Part shown: positions 35,401 through 48,803 of the stretch, piece after piece
Layout: each line of letters begins with the position of its first letter
How positions within the stretch are numbered: the first letter of the stretch is position 1
Assembly (NCBI GenBank): GCA_002189035.1
Contig: NEEC01000007.1
Span: forward strand, 1,736,001-1,800,000
DNA length: 64,000 bases
Source: Utricularia gibba
Lineage: Eukaryota; Plantae; Magnoliophyta
Direction of reading: 5' to 3'
Translations under genes and position numbers: made by a program
Notes under the pieces: model-generated
Databases searched by the model: none
The model's input: the letters and a program-made list of their open reading frames with translations, nothing else
Told to the model about the DNA's origin: nothing

Positions 35401-37542
35401 ACTTCAAAATTGATGTGTACGTGCAACATTTTCTCATCTTCGCTGTTATTTTGCAGTGCCACTTTAGCTCAAATAAATGCACTTGTGTATGCCACGTGCT
35501 TCACACATTCTTCAAGGTAATCGCCTTTTTCATTTCTATAAGATGCTTTCTTTACAAAATGCCAGTGGCCTAGAAGTGGAATAAAAAACTGGAACATGCT
35601 TTTTTCGCAGCTTAGGTGATGATGAGTTAGCATACTCCAAGCTCATCCAGTATTTGGCTACCTATCAGGGATATAAAGGTGCGGTGAAATTTATATTCAC
35701 CAATAAAAATAATCGTTTATGATTCTTATAAAGCCTTTTTTTTTTCTATTTTACTCGACAGATGCATTTACTGCGATGAGAATTGCTGAAGATAAATTCA
35801 CTTGTGTTTTGAAGTCCAGAATCCTGGTTGTGAAGCTACAGCTGTTGCATGAGTGTGCTCTGCACAGGTGTCATGACTGATAAGTGTTATACATTCACTG
35901 GATATGGTGTTGCTCTTAGAAAGTCACTGACGTTTATTTGTTTGCAGGGGGCATATAAAACTCGCGCAGCAGTTCAGTGATGAGCTAAGGATGATGGCGT
36001 CTTCTGCCACCGGTGCAGACATTGAACTAAAGACAGAGGCGACAATCCGTCATGCTCGAACATTACTTGCTGCAAAACAATATAGCCAGGTGAATGTTGT
36101 TTCACAGATATCTATTTTATGATAAAGATAACCCTGAATGATTTGTTGCCTACGTCATGTTTTTCAGGCAGCTTCTGTCGCTCATTCGTTGTTCCGCATG
36201 TGTTTCAAGTACAATATGCAAGTGAAAAATGCCACCGTTCTTCTCCTTCTTGCAGAGATATGCAAGGTTTATAGAATCATCTAAAGCCATTCCAACAATT
36301 GAACTTCTGCCTATAGATAATCTGAATTGCTTTCTTTTCTGTCTCCTGCTATCCGTCTCCTGATTTTTTTTTCTTTCCCATCTCCAGAAGTCCGGCAATC
36401 CGGAATTGGGAATCCCCTACGCATTGGCCAGCCTTTCACATTTCCAGTCATTTAACCTGGATCTTCTTAAAGCCTCGGCGACTCTTGTGTTGTCTGAGTT
36501 ATGGCTCTCGCTTGGGCCAACTCACGCAAATAAAGCTCTATCTCTTCTGCATGATTCTTTTCCAATGCTTCTAGGCCAAGGTGGCTTGGAGCTTAGATCA
36601 CGGGCTTTTATAACGGAGGCGAAATGTTACTTAGCCGATCCGTCTTTTTCAGGTGCGCCATTTTATCTGCTGGCGTTTCTGTTTTTTTTTCCACATCAGA
36701 TGGCTAGTCATGTGTGCTTCTTTTCAACAGTTTCGGAGAACCCTGAGATGGTACTTGAACCGTTAAAGCAAGCTTCCGACGAACTACAGCTCTTACAGGT
36801 TAGTGAGCGTTCTGATTGCCTTTTTTTGCTAGATTTAGGTCTGGCTTTTGATCAATCTGTGAGCCTTTTGACTATGCGGGCTTATCGTAGTCCGTCTGGC
36901 AAAAGCTATGGCTTAAGAAGGGCCTTTGAGACCATTGGCATGCCGGAGTCGGCCCACCGAGTTAGGGCCTTTCGTGTTTTGAGTAACTCGGGCCTACACT
37001 TGTGCTGGGCTAATCTTCACGTCCCTTCGTGCCTATGCTTCTCGATAGGTTGGGTCCATGATTCCTAACCGCCTGCACCCGCTCTAGGCCCTATCTATTG
37101 GTTTTAAAAAAGTAAAAAAAAATTAAAAAATCTTTGAAAATGGTTTTTTACGTGCAATTTTCGTCTTGCTCAGCAGTACCGAGCGGAAGGCCCTTGTTTA
37201 ACTACCATCCCGACGTTTGACTAAACCCATGCGGTCTCCAATACCCAATCCTTTTTTTTTTTTTTTTTTTTTTTTACAACTAGAAAGTTGATCTGCTGTG
37301 CATGTGCAAATGCTGTCTTCAATTTAAATTTTGAAAGGTTGGGAGATCATTTCTAACCCTTTTTTGTTTGCATGAATCAGTATCACGAGATGGCATCGGA
37401 AGCTTTCTACTTGATGGCTATTATTCATGACAAGCTTGGGCAGATCCATCTGAGGGATGAGGCCGCGGCATCCTTTCGAAAGCATATAGCAGCGCTAGAG
37501 CATCCTCAAAGCACCACCGAGTCTCTCCTGTCGGTGTTCTGA
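32417..37542 (+). CDS. APC5: Anaphase-promoting complex subunit 5, about 20 exons, intact
   Basis: FAITPHKVAFCVLVQVYAPP, LDPNSNIGLFVRRCLL, VHYLRYLNNLYHDDY, LTEAVRVSQQ, GGLELRSRAFITEAKCYL. All exons were walked in phase to EAFYLMA...SLLSVF*. Confidence 0.95.
37252..37275. repeat. T24 homopolymer in the last APC5 intron
   Basis: Directly visible. Confidence 0.9.
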
Positions 37543-37887
37543 GGGACCAGTCAAGACTGAAATGATCAGGGCAAAAGTGGGGGAGTTGCATGTATCAGCT
37601 GTTACACGGTTTTCCGAGGAACCGAATGTTGGAGGAAAACAGAAACAAAAGAACCGCCGGAATGAAGGGCGCGAGGTGCGGATGGGTTGTTAGAGATCAG
37701 TTGCCAACAACATATTTGTCCGAGTCGATGGGTTTGTCCTAATAATAGCTGCTTTCTCTCGTCGTTATCTTATCCTAATCCAACCCCAATCCAGCAGTAC
37801 AAATAAGAAAGCAGCCAACCACGTTTTGAAGGAGACGAGCTGACCGATAGATAGAGAAAGAATCAGGAAGAAAGGTGGAAAGGCAAA

Positions 37888-38171
37888 ATGGGAGAAGAAG
37901 GCAAGGCGAGAGCAAAGGAAAATAATAGCTCCCAAGGACCAACCTATCAATCAAAACAGTGAGCCGTCTTTCCAGGTCCAATTCCTCCGTGCCATCGTCC
38001 CCACGGAGGAATTGCTTGTGCTCACCCACAAAGCACGCAGGTTCATTCAGGTGCAGATACCACCGAGGCCCCAACACAGAGCTCAAGCCCGACGCCATCT
38101 CCATCGGTTCCAACCTCTCCGATCATGCCACAGCACCTCAAACCCCCGATCAATCATGCTCATCGGCTTAA
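37888..38171 (+). CDS. Serine-rich small protein (CxCSPTxHxGSFRC family); apparent 1-bp frameshift near 37953-37956
   Basis: CLCSPTKHAGSFRCRYHR motif. The only upstream ATG (37888) is 71 nt from the motif frame, and one extra A in the A4 run joins them. Confidence 0.75.
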
Positions 38172-38608
38172 ATGTAGACCATTACTAACCAGTCAAATAA
38201 TGAACAAATTGTACCTGTGCATTCATGCCCATGCTCTACTACTCTCCTTGATGTCCATGACTACCATGTATGCATGCATGCACGCATCTTTGTTTATTTC
38301 ATGCATCATCGAATACTCAGCAGTCACTATCGTACCTTGTGATTTTTCTGCAATTTATTATCATCGAATAACAGAGAGTGAGATGGAGCCACCTGATGTG
38401 AGATGGCCATACATCCCAACAACTCTCTGTCGCCTTACTCAAGATCATCCATCCTTCACAAATCCGTAAAACTACAAACAATCTTGGGTGTTTCTTCCTT
38501 GGGGTAATTCACCAGGTCTCCTAGCCAGAGAAATAAGGCAAAGATCCCCCCTGTACGGATTAAGGTAGGCCATGTGGAGATTAGATAGGCGAAAGTACGC
38601 CAGGATAT

Positions 38609-41600
38609 TTATATTTCCATGGCATCAAGCGACTGTGAAACAGCCCTGCATAACCGAAAGATCCTCATGTATCCATTTCCAACAGCCTTGACCTCTTCCC
38701 TGATCATATTGAGAAGTGGCTCAAATGAGCAACCAACTTGGATGGGAATGGCCTGTGAGGGGTATATACCACTGCAGGCAAATCATCACAGAACATCAAA
38801 CGAGGATTGAAAATTGCATGGCGCACGCTTAAACCTTGTTAACTCACAGTAAAGTCACTTATATATCCAAACTTTGAACAATATATCCCACACTGACAAC
38901 TACGATGGAGCTACTGAAAATAAATTTTGAAATGGATACAGAGAACTAACCATTTCAAACAAGTGACGTCAAGTGCAATAGTCACCTTTCTCCCGATTTT
39001 GAATCCAAAGAAAGAGAGCATGAGATGGAGCCCACCAGCTGCAATCAGAAGTGCAAGATAAGATCGAGATGTTAGTGTCCTGGAATTCTTTACCTTTCCA
39101 ATTCTACTCGAAAGGATCATGAATCCATCCATATTCAACAGCACGTAAACCTAAAAAGCTTTGCATATCCTGGCATGCAGGGACATAGTCAATCTATGCT
39201 TCACTTTCATCAATACATAGAGCGCACAAAAAAGACACGGTGAAAAAAGATGGTATGTTCCTGTAGTGCACAACCAAAGAATTTCTTGATCAAATACGAC
39301 AAAGACGCATTGAATTGTCATAAGACTGCAGTTCAACATGCGGAAATACAAGGAAATCCTGAAGATTCACTAAAAGCGTAAGGAGTCAAATTACCAATTC
39401 CTAAATAAAATCTTGTCTGCATCAAATTATGTAGCTCCATCTTCGCAAACTGAACCTCCTCTATCACATCAAGCAAGTTACCAAAAAGTGAATTCGAAAC
39501 CTGCATATCATTGAAGTTAGAACAACATGAGATAAATGACTGTACTGCATATGTATGCAAAAGGTCGAGTTTTTCAGATGCAAGAGTACATCCAAATATC
39601 TAGAACATAACCCAGAACTTCACTCACTTGTGTTTCCAATACCAAAGTTCTAGCTCCAACAACTCCACTAAGAATCTTTGGCTTCAATAGGAATTCAAAC
39701 GCTGTGCTAGCATCCATATTCGGGAAACTCTGGAAAGCAGAGATGCGTTGAAATTAATATGCATTCATGATGAAATTTATAACACACCGACCAGTTAATG
39801 TTACGACATATCCACCTTACTGATATTTTGTTCTTCCAATTCAAATGAAGTAGCAAGTGATGTAGGATTGAGTGTGTTCTGAAAGCTGCACGCAACTGGT
39901 TAAATGAAACACTGTGCAAATAACAATAAATTCAAAATAAAACATGAAACAAAGGATCATACATACATCTGCCTGACAAGATCATGGTAGTTGAGAACAA
40001 TTTCTTGCCGTCCACTCAGGCTGTTTAGACTATGGAGCACCCAATTCTGGTGACAATGCAAACCAGATATATTAGCCAGGTAAGACAGTAAAAGTGCATC
40101 AACTCCAAAACTTTCCAAATTAGTTAGCTAGTGGGAGACAAAAGCTTAAAATCAAAACACAATCTGTTCCATATAAAATGTGAACAAATATAATGAATCC
40201 GAAAAAAAATTGTCACCTGCATATCCTGATGCATTCTCCAGTGAGAAGCAGTCTTCATCAGGTGCTTGTTAATCGACGCCATTCTGCCACCAATACTTGG
40301 ATCAGCTTTTGGATCACAGCACTTGCAAAAGCTTCTCACCAGAGTTGAAATTTCCATTTCCAAAGCATTACATTCATGCTCCAGGGCAACAATTTTTTCC
40401 ACAGTGTCCTAGAATGGAAATAATAAAATCTGTGTAATTAGTGGAAGGGGAAACTGCAGAAAAATTCGACATGTCCATATGAGTCCAGCAATTTTAAGTC
40501 CTTTTCCAATATTATTCAGTGAGTGGCCAACACACTCTGCTTATGGATGACTAAAACTGCATTATAATGAAAAGGAAATGCTAGAAGATTATGGTACATC
40601 TTTTCAAATATTGGATTGGAAAATATTAAACAAGAAAAAAAAAGATTATTTGCGAGTTAGATAATTTACACTTTTCAAATTTCCAGATGAGGACAGACAA
40701 TCAACAGGCTGATCCAGGGCACATGTACTGCTGCTCAGAGACGTCTGGGAGAGAACAACAGCTTTCATAGCATGTGATTCATGAATCCTAGAGCTCAAAA
40801 GCATTTGCTTTTTCTGCACAAGAAAGCATTTTATATTGATGAAGAATCATGGGTTAATTACTAAGTTTTCAGTTCTTTAAAACATACCAAAATCGTATCA
40901 TTCTTCAGACACATGAGCTGTAAACTTGCCTTTCCAAATAACACCTCATACAACATGGACTTTGCTTCAATTAGTCTGCATTTTTAGATGTATAAAAATG
41001 TATAGCACATAACCATTGCATTTTTTCATATAAAATTTATATCACAAATACTACTACGGCTCCATAATTCTGATATTCGATTAAAAAAATAATATTTACA
41101 ATTCTAATGAGCCACGTCAAGTAAAAGGTCATTCAGAATAAACTTTTGAAAAACATCTGAAATGACTTACTTCTCATTCCGGGGATCATGAAGTTGAGAT
41201 GCACTCTGTGAACAAAGGCAATGGCATGTGTTAGATGATACTAAAATACTCGATGCAGAACCCCAGAGTGATCAATGAAAATGATAATTAAAAATGAGAT
41301 GAGATCCGTTGGAAGAGCCAAAATGAGATTCAGAACATACATCATATCAATTAGACATTGATGTGACAGACCTGTGAAACTGCATCACGGTGAAGCATAC
41401 CATACATTCTTGATCTATGTTGGCCAACCAATATATCTTCAACCGCATCAATCTGATAAGTAGAAAAATACCAAAGAGTAAATTCATTCCGATAACAGAA
41501 GAGGGGAAAATTAATAGAAAACTGATTTTCTGAAGGGAGAGATTTGAATCATTTCATTACTGCAGAAATAAAGCATAGACGTTTATCTTGTTTCTACCAA

Positions 41601-44600
41601 AAAAAACAAAGAGTGCAAGCAATGAACGTACTCACCATCTAATTTCAGGAATTAAAATGATGTGGTTCAGAAGCTAAAATTAAAAAAAAAACTTCAGCAT
41701 AAATGTTATTAAGTGTAATGAAAAACACCAACTTACGTCGAATGAACCACCTCCTTCTCGTGAACTAATATTCATATTACCAACACTGGAACGCAATACC
41801 CCAGAATGAAGTCATTAAACCTGTGGTTTTTTGGGCTCCCCTGAATATTTATCAACTCCATTCTTTTATCTGGACACCTCAGCCGTTCCTGTTCAATGTT
41901 CATGGTGGCAGGAAAGTTATTTTGCACTGGAGAATGATGAACATTTTTCAGGCTACGTTCATATAAAGAATGATTTGCATATGAAGGAATTGCACCCTCA
42001 TGAGGGATATTTCTATTTTGTTCCTTTGTTTCACTATTCTCCATTCCAGAGTAGCCCATGCCAGTCTGATTAGCTACATCAATTCTTCCAAACACTTTCT
42101 TCCTATGAATATCAATTTCTCGGTCATCAGTTGCATTGAACTCAGTCAGATCTAGCTGTCTTTTAACTCCTGACAAGGGCACGCTCGGAACACTTATTCT
42201 CTCAACGTTCATATTATCAGCCACAGGTGATAAGGAGGAATGAACAAAATTTCTCGCAGGACTGGACTTGAATTCTAAACCTTCTTTGGACTTCAATTGT
42301 GGAAACGAATTACGGGATTGGCCATACTGAACGGAAGGTGAAGCTGGAAATGACTTCTCTAAAGTCTTTGGGGAAAAAAAATTCTGGGAAAGCTTAGTGG
42401 GATCTCCATCTCTGGAAACAACTTTGCCTAATGAGGACACAGTTTTCACTGCAGCAACATCTTCAGTTGATGCCCTGGGGCTGAATAAACTACGAAATAA
42501 ATTATTATGTGCCCAAGCCGTTGGGGAGGTTGAAGGCACAGCCCCCCTGCATCCTGAAGGGGAGATATTCTTGGAACCCAATTCAGCAGGTGGCTTTTCT
42601 ATCATTATTGGATTTGAAAATCTTTCAACAACATCGCCCACGCACTGTTCATCATGGTGAAGATGATTCAATATAGAAGTAGAAATCTTCTCATGCGACT
42701 TCAAGGAACTACTATTATTTTCAGCAACTGAACCGGCAGAACTTCCATAATTTCTCAATAACGTAGCACCATAGGTAGGGGATTTCACAAAATCCAACGC
42801 CCTTATGGTTGAAATGTCAACTTTAGCGGTGAAAGCAGAATTTAAGACAGATCTCTGAAGAGAACCTGATTTACCAGTAAACATCCCGGCATCATTAAGT
42901 TCTGTCCTTCCATTTTGGAATGAAGAATCAGGTTGTTTCATAAGATGAGAACTTGAGTGCAAATGCTTCCCTGGTGAACATGTAGCAGTAAGAAGAATTG
43001 GTTCTTGTTTCACAGGAGATGCAGGCGTCATCAATTTGGCTTCATATTCCAACTGTTCAAAAATAGGATTTGAACACCTTAGAAAACTTAAAGGAGTGCA
43101 AAAAATCAGGAATTCGGGATGATAAATCTGTAACACCATAACATGCATACATCAACAGAAGTATGAAGAAAAATCACTACCAAAAGGGAATAACAATACG
43201 ATTTCTTACTACTTCACATGGTAATATATCTGTCACAGTTTCACAGCATTTTCCATCGAATCGACTGGGTGAAAGGATCTGAGCAGTACGACAGCCATGT
43301 GAGTTCCCCAAATGATCATTTTCTTCGGAAAACTCCCTTTCATCAGCAAAGTCATTAACATTCACCTTGATCTCAGAGTCAATCTTACCTGGTTCCTTTT
43401 TTCTTGTATCATTGACTAATCCAAAAGGTTCAGAATTATGATGAACGGGAGGAAAAGCCTCAAATTTGTTTGCTGATATTGAAGAAGCATGATTTTCAGA
43501 TATACCATTTTTCTGCAAATCCTTCCTGCTTTCAACCAAAAGTGCATTTAATCTTGGTGATAACTTCTCATAGTCATAACTTTGATGATTTTCCCCTATA
43601 AGAGTCATGTCACTGGAGCTACTATTGCAGTTAACATCAGAAACAGCAGAATTCTTGGGAACAATCTTATTTAATGTGTAAGCCATTGTACTCCCTGCTA
43701 TTTCATCTGTTGGCATTTCTTCATGAAAGAGTTGAACCCTTGACGGTGTGTGTGTCTCTGAATCTGATCTAGCAAGACTTCGGTAATGCATGGAAAAAGC
43801 TGTTGAATCCATGGTGACATCATGATCATCGTTGCCATCTTCCGAGTCAAACAACTGGCCTGGCCTTATAAAGTGTGCTGACACAGGGCCAAAGAGATGA
43901 TCCTCTGCTTTCAAATAAACGAAGAGAAAATAATGTCAAGGGATTATTAGATTCAAGGGCATATATCATGAGATTCTTTCAAACATTCACGTTAGCTAGG
44001 TTCGGTAATGGATAGATGCCATTAGCATGAACCTGCCTTCTATGCATTAGTTTCCGAGTAATGTACAACCAAATGCCAAAAACATTTGGGGTAAGGTATA
44101 GCTACACAATTCACTGCACGATATTAGATTATAAGCTGAAAGTGCTCTATACCAGTACCGTGGCGTGAGGGGTACCACATTTTGGCATAATAGCAGTTGC
44201 ACCTAACATCCCAAAAGGAATACGGAAAAAAATCTGGTGAACAAGAACTTGCCGTCCAACGAGGTAGAAGAGCCAACGGTGCTCTCGCCAGGGGAAGGAG
44301 AACCAGTAGGCCGTAGAAATGAGCTTCGAATTTCCATAGCCTCATCCACATCATCATCATCATTGCTGCCAAATCCCTTAAACCTATCACCCTTTTCACC
44401 AAAATCCAGTGCAGAAGAACCGCGAAAATCGTTTTCCGTGTCCTGCTGAGGCGTCGAGTTGTACTCGTCGCGATCGAAGAAGTGAATCGACGTTCGCTCA
44501 GCAAAGCTAACCCTGCGAGCTCGCTTGTTGTGAATGGTGTCTGAATTTGCCATCACCGGATTCTGACAAAGCGTATCGAGGTTGAGTTCCTCGTTGAAGC

Positions 44601-44670
44601 CCATGACAATCGGAGCAATTTTGCTGCCTGAGATTCTACTCCCGCTAGGGCTCCCAAAAGTGTTGCTCAT
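38609..44670 (-). CDS. KNL1: Kinetochore scaffold KNL1/SPC105, multi-exon
   Basis: KRARRVSFAE (PP1-binding RVSF), SFLRPTGSPSPGESTVGS, FGPVSAHFIRPG, VTMDSTAFSMHYRSLARSDS and the terminal exon CGIYPSQ...GYMRIFRLCRAVSQ. Internal small exons were not all resolved. Confidence 0.85.
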
Positions 44671-44910
44671 TTGGAGGGAAAATATTTCAAAATGCACTAC
44701 TTAATTGCACCGCCAACCCTACAGAAATTGCATTTTGCATATTTATCCCTTCAAAAATCTAAGATCCTTTTTTTGAAAAAATACGAATAAAATTATTCAA
44801 ACTATTTATGTAAATAATGAAAAATAGTAATTTCGAGTATTATTATTATTATTATAAAAACAAAAAATATTCCTATACAAAATCCAGGGACTTTTCAAGC
44901 ATGTATTTTT

Positions 44911-47900
44911 TCAGTAGTCCAATTCATCGTCTTCCTCATCTTCATCACTGAAGTGTTCATAAATTTGATATTCTGCATCACCCTGATCCTTGTCCTGCTT
45001 CTCATCCTGAGAAGTAGCTCCGAACGAGTAACTGCCAAAGAGATCTTGAAGATACTCCTTCGCCACATTCTCATTCTCATCCATGTCTGAATCAAGTTAA
45101 AGGATTTAGTCCCTACCCAACATCTGAAGAAACGTTTTTCGATCACAGAAATGGAACAGAAAGCATAAAAGGATACGTGGATATGACAAGAGGTCCCCAT
45201 CTTCATCAACCTGTTGAGAAAAGAGAATCAAGTATTAGTTAGTGGTTGTCATGAATGTGGGCGGAACGAGAACAGGCATTCTTGGTAGAAAACCAGATCA
45301 AATTCTTCGTCTTCATCGATTTCATCTGCAACCAACTCATCATCATAATCTTCTTCATCCTCATTTTCCTTTTCTGCCACTTCATCATTGTTTTCTTTGT
45401 TCACATCTCCCGCACCTGCTGATGCGTCTGCTTCCTTGCGTTTGCCATCAACTTTTGGAACCCTTAGAGTCAGATGGGCTCTCTTCGCCCTCTCAAAGCG
45501 AATCGAAACTCGCTTCAACAAGGATTCTGCATCAACCCGGGGATATAATGACAAGTATCTCTGGGCTACACGCAGTCTCATGCTGTCAATCACTTGAGTT
45601 GAGAACCATCCTGTTTGAAGCTGCAAATTCAGAAAGATGATCAAGCATCCCTAAAGAAGGCTTCCCTTCGTTATTCACTGGGAGATGCTGTAGTGCATCC
45701 ATATATATATATCATACATTGCAGGTCTCTTGGGATGCAGGCTTTCGAATTTCTTGTTGAATAAAATCATCCTGAAGTTCAAACAGTTGCAAAGAGGTTT
45801 GGCATTTGCGAGGGAAAGCTCGAAATGCACATATATCCTCCCACCTGTCATTCGATCTGCAAAAAAATGAACAAAATATTGTTCACCATAAAAAGAAGGG
45901 GAGTAATTATCTAAATAAAATGCTTGATTCCAATTTAAACAACACGTCAAAATTTTGCAATCTCCATCCCTAGTTATTCCAAAGACAGACTTCAATGATA
46001 AAGACTCAACAGATCTAAATGGCAGTAACATCAGTTTTGTAGGCCACTAATTGTTATATTCAGTGCATTTCAAACATCAGTGAGTAGTGAATTTTATAAA
46101 ACATCCTACCCAGATGCAGACTCAGCAAAACAATAGCTTCTCAGTGGTGGTGGTACTCGGAAATCTGTTCGCTGGTATCTAATCACAAGAAATAACAATT
46201 GTATTACGGAGAAAATAGAGAAAAAAATTTTTATTGGCACTCTAACCAGAGTGAACAATATTGAACCGCCTCTAGAATTTGGCTTACATGCGGGACTCCG
46301 GATCCTTCCGAGGATCATACCCTTTTTGGATCCAAAATCGTAAGTATGGTCCATTTGAGAAGTAATATGCTGCTACAAAGAGAAGCCTTGAAAATGAAAA
46401 AAAGAAGTTCATGTGAGAAAAGTAGCCACCAAAACTTGTTCTAGCTTCACACTAGAAAAAACAACAGTTTAGAAGAACCATTAAAGACGGCAGCTACCTT
46501 CTGAGAGTGATGTCTGCAACATTTAGACCTTGGTCAAGTAAACGTTCAGCTAATGAACATTTGAGCCAAATTGGGCGTTCAGTAAACAATTCACAAACAG
46601 CTTTCTGCAAATGCCACCTCTCCGAATTCTTTGGAATATAGTCTTCCCAATCAACTTCCTTAGGGATCTGTGTGAATGTCAAGTTCATGCAAAAACAGGA
46701 TGAAGTATAGAATGTTTAATGTAATAAGTGTTCTCAAAGCATGAAAGAGAAATTGCTGGAAACGTAAACATCAGACAGAAAAGCATGCATGTAAAAGCAT
46801 TAGGATATCTTTTATGCTGAAATCAATGGCAAGGCAGGGCTCCATCTTCATCTGTGAAAGAAAGGAAATACGCAGTCAATTATGTCTCTACATGAAGTAA
46901 AGAAAGTTCAAAGCCAAAACCTAAAGATAGCCATATGCAATTATCTCCACACATACCAATGCAGCCCACTATGTAAAATGGTCTAGTAAAAGGAGGACCT
47001 TGTTCTACTCATGGCGTCAGGGAAAAACATTAATAAAAATACAGGTAAACAAGTGATGTACATTTTTTCGAAAAATAAATAGTAAAAATAATGGGTGAAC
47101 ATATGGCAGGGAAATAACCGCAAAATGGAAATGAAAGGATTTCAAAGAATTACCTTCTTGGAAATAGAGGGGATTTCTTCTGCATTATGCTCAGTTGCTT
47201 CATCTAGTTTCTTTTTCAAAGTAGCATCTCCACAAGGTTTTAATCTGCAGGGATCAAAGAAATTTCAAAACCAACATCCCCAATGTTCTGAAATTTCATT
47301 AAAAGCCAAAATGAAATTCATCTTACAATACTTTTTCTGGACGATCCTTCACTGAAAAAAGTGGCGGCACTAGAAGCATCATATCCTCTTGAACCAAATC
47401 TAGGATGTCACCATTCTCTGAAAACGAACATATAGAAGATTCTGAGCTAAATAGAGAGAAATTTTTAATTTCTCTCTTTGGATGAAAGGAATTCAACACA
47501 TAGCTGACCTGTCACTGGTTCAAGTTCTATCCAGTCCCTTTTCTTTCTTCGTATAGAGTCAGCATGAAGAGCAGGAATATACTGGTAATCAGCCATCCCT
47601 TCAGGATATGAAGTCTAGACAGCATAAGAAACACATTTGACCATAATATACGGAGGAACATGGGAAAAGAGCAGGTTACCTTCAAAGTAATAGGCTTCAG
47701 ATACTCTTGAAACAATATCTACATAAATTTGGTCAGAAGATTCATTCTTTTTCTGGCATTCAGCGTCCAAAGAAGTTGAAATGTGCTCATGCTCGTGTAC
47801 AATGGCAGATTCAGCCATTGATTCAGGCGCTCTACTTTCACCCGAATTAGACAATACAACTTCAACTTTAGGACACCCTTTCTCAGCATTCTTCACTTTC

Positions 47901-48388
47901 TTTTTTGATATTTTCAATAAAAAGTTATTGCAAGAACGTAAATCTCCAAACAGAGGGTGGCAATCTGGATCTTCAGGACGTAAACGCAATTCCAACCTTT
48001 TTGATCTCTCCGTAGGGATCTAAAAGCATGGATACCATAACACTTACATCCTTTTTCATGAAACCGACTACATTCAAGAGTTGGAAAATATACTATATAA
48101 CCCAGAGAGACAACAACCAGAAGTTAGTGTTTTTGCTCCAAATCAACTCAAAAAAGCAAACAGAAAAACCTTGCAATACGAGAAACAGGAAAAAAAAAAA
48201 ACTAAAAGATTCTAACTTGGATACGTTGTGCATCAATCAAACAACTCTACCTTGAGAATGCCATCGCCGCCGCCTAAAGACTCAATCGCCCGTTCCATAG
48301 AAGACGGGTAACCAGGGTAATGAACTGCAAACACACCATCGTCACTCGGTAGAACACCAGAAACCGAACCATTTTCAACTATCCCCAT
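44911..48388 (-). CDS. GTF3C5: General transcription factor 3C polypeptide 5 (TFIIIC tau95/Tfc1), multi-exon
   Basis: FAVHYPGYPSSMERAIESLGG, LELRLRPEDPDCHPLFG, GMADYQY, AYYFSNGPYLRFWIQKGYDPRKDPESR and an acidic C-terminus. Confidence 0.93.
45087..45176 (-). other. U12-type GT-AG intron in GTF3C5
   Basis: Donor GTATCCTTTT, branch-like TCCTTTAAC 9 nt before the CAG acceptor. Removal gives YPHMDENEN in frame. Confidence 0.85.
46670..46808 (-). other. U12-type AT-AC intron in GTF3C5
   Basis: Donor ATATCCTA, branch-like CTTGAC, acceptor CACAC. Removal gives AIDFSIKEIPKEVDWE in frame, and no suitable GT donor is nearby. Confidence 0.78.
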
Positions 48389-48803
48389 CAAGGACAGCAC
48401 GGTATAAAACAATAAAAAAATTCACTGCGAAATGATGATTCTATAATCTGAACCACCAACTGCAGTTGTTTACGGTAAACTGATGCTACTCGAGTCACCC
48501 TCTGGGGAAGGGCGAGGCGCGAAGACGCGGGTTTGAGGAAGAGGAAGACCCACAAAAAATATATATATATATATCACTAACAGAAATACAAATAATTTAA
48601 AATACTATAAAATAACATTCATTACAAAACTAGCCTTTTTTTTACCACGTGTATTATTGATGACAGGGGCATCATCAACATTACATAAGGTGATTCATTT
48701 ATGTATGAAATATGAAAATTTACACTTCATCCACTGCAGCAAAACTTTATAATAAAAAACAACATATATTACAAAATTTGTAGGTTAGTTTTCTTTACTT
48801 TAG

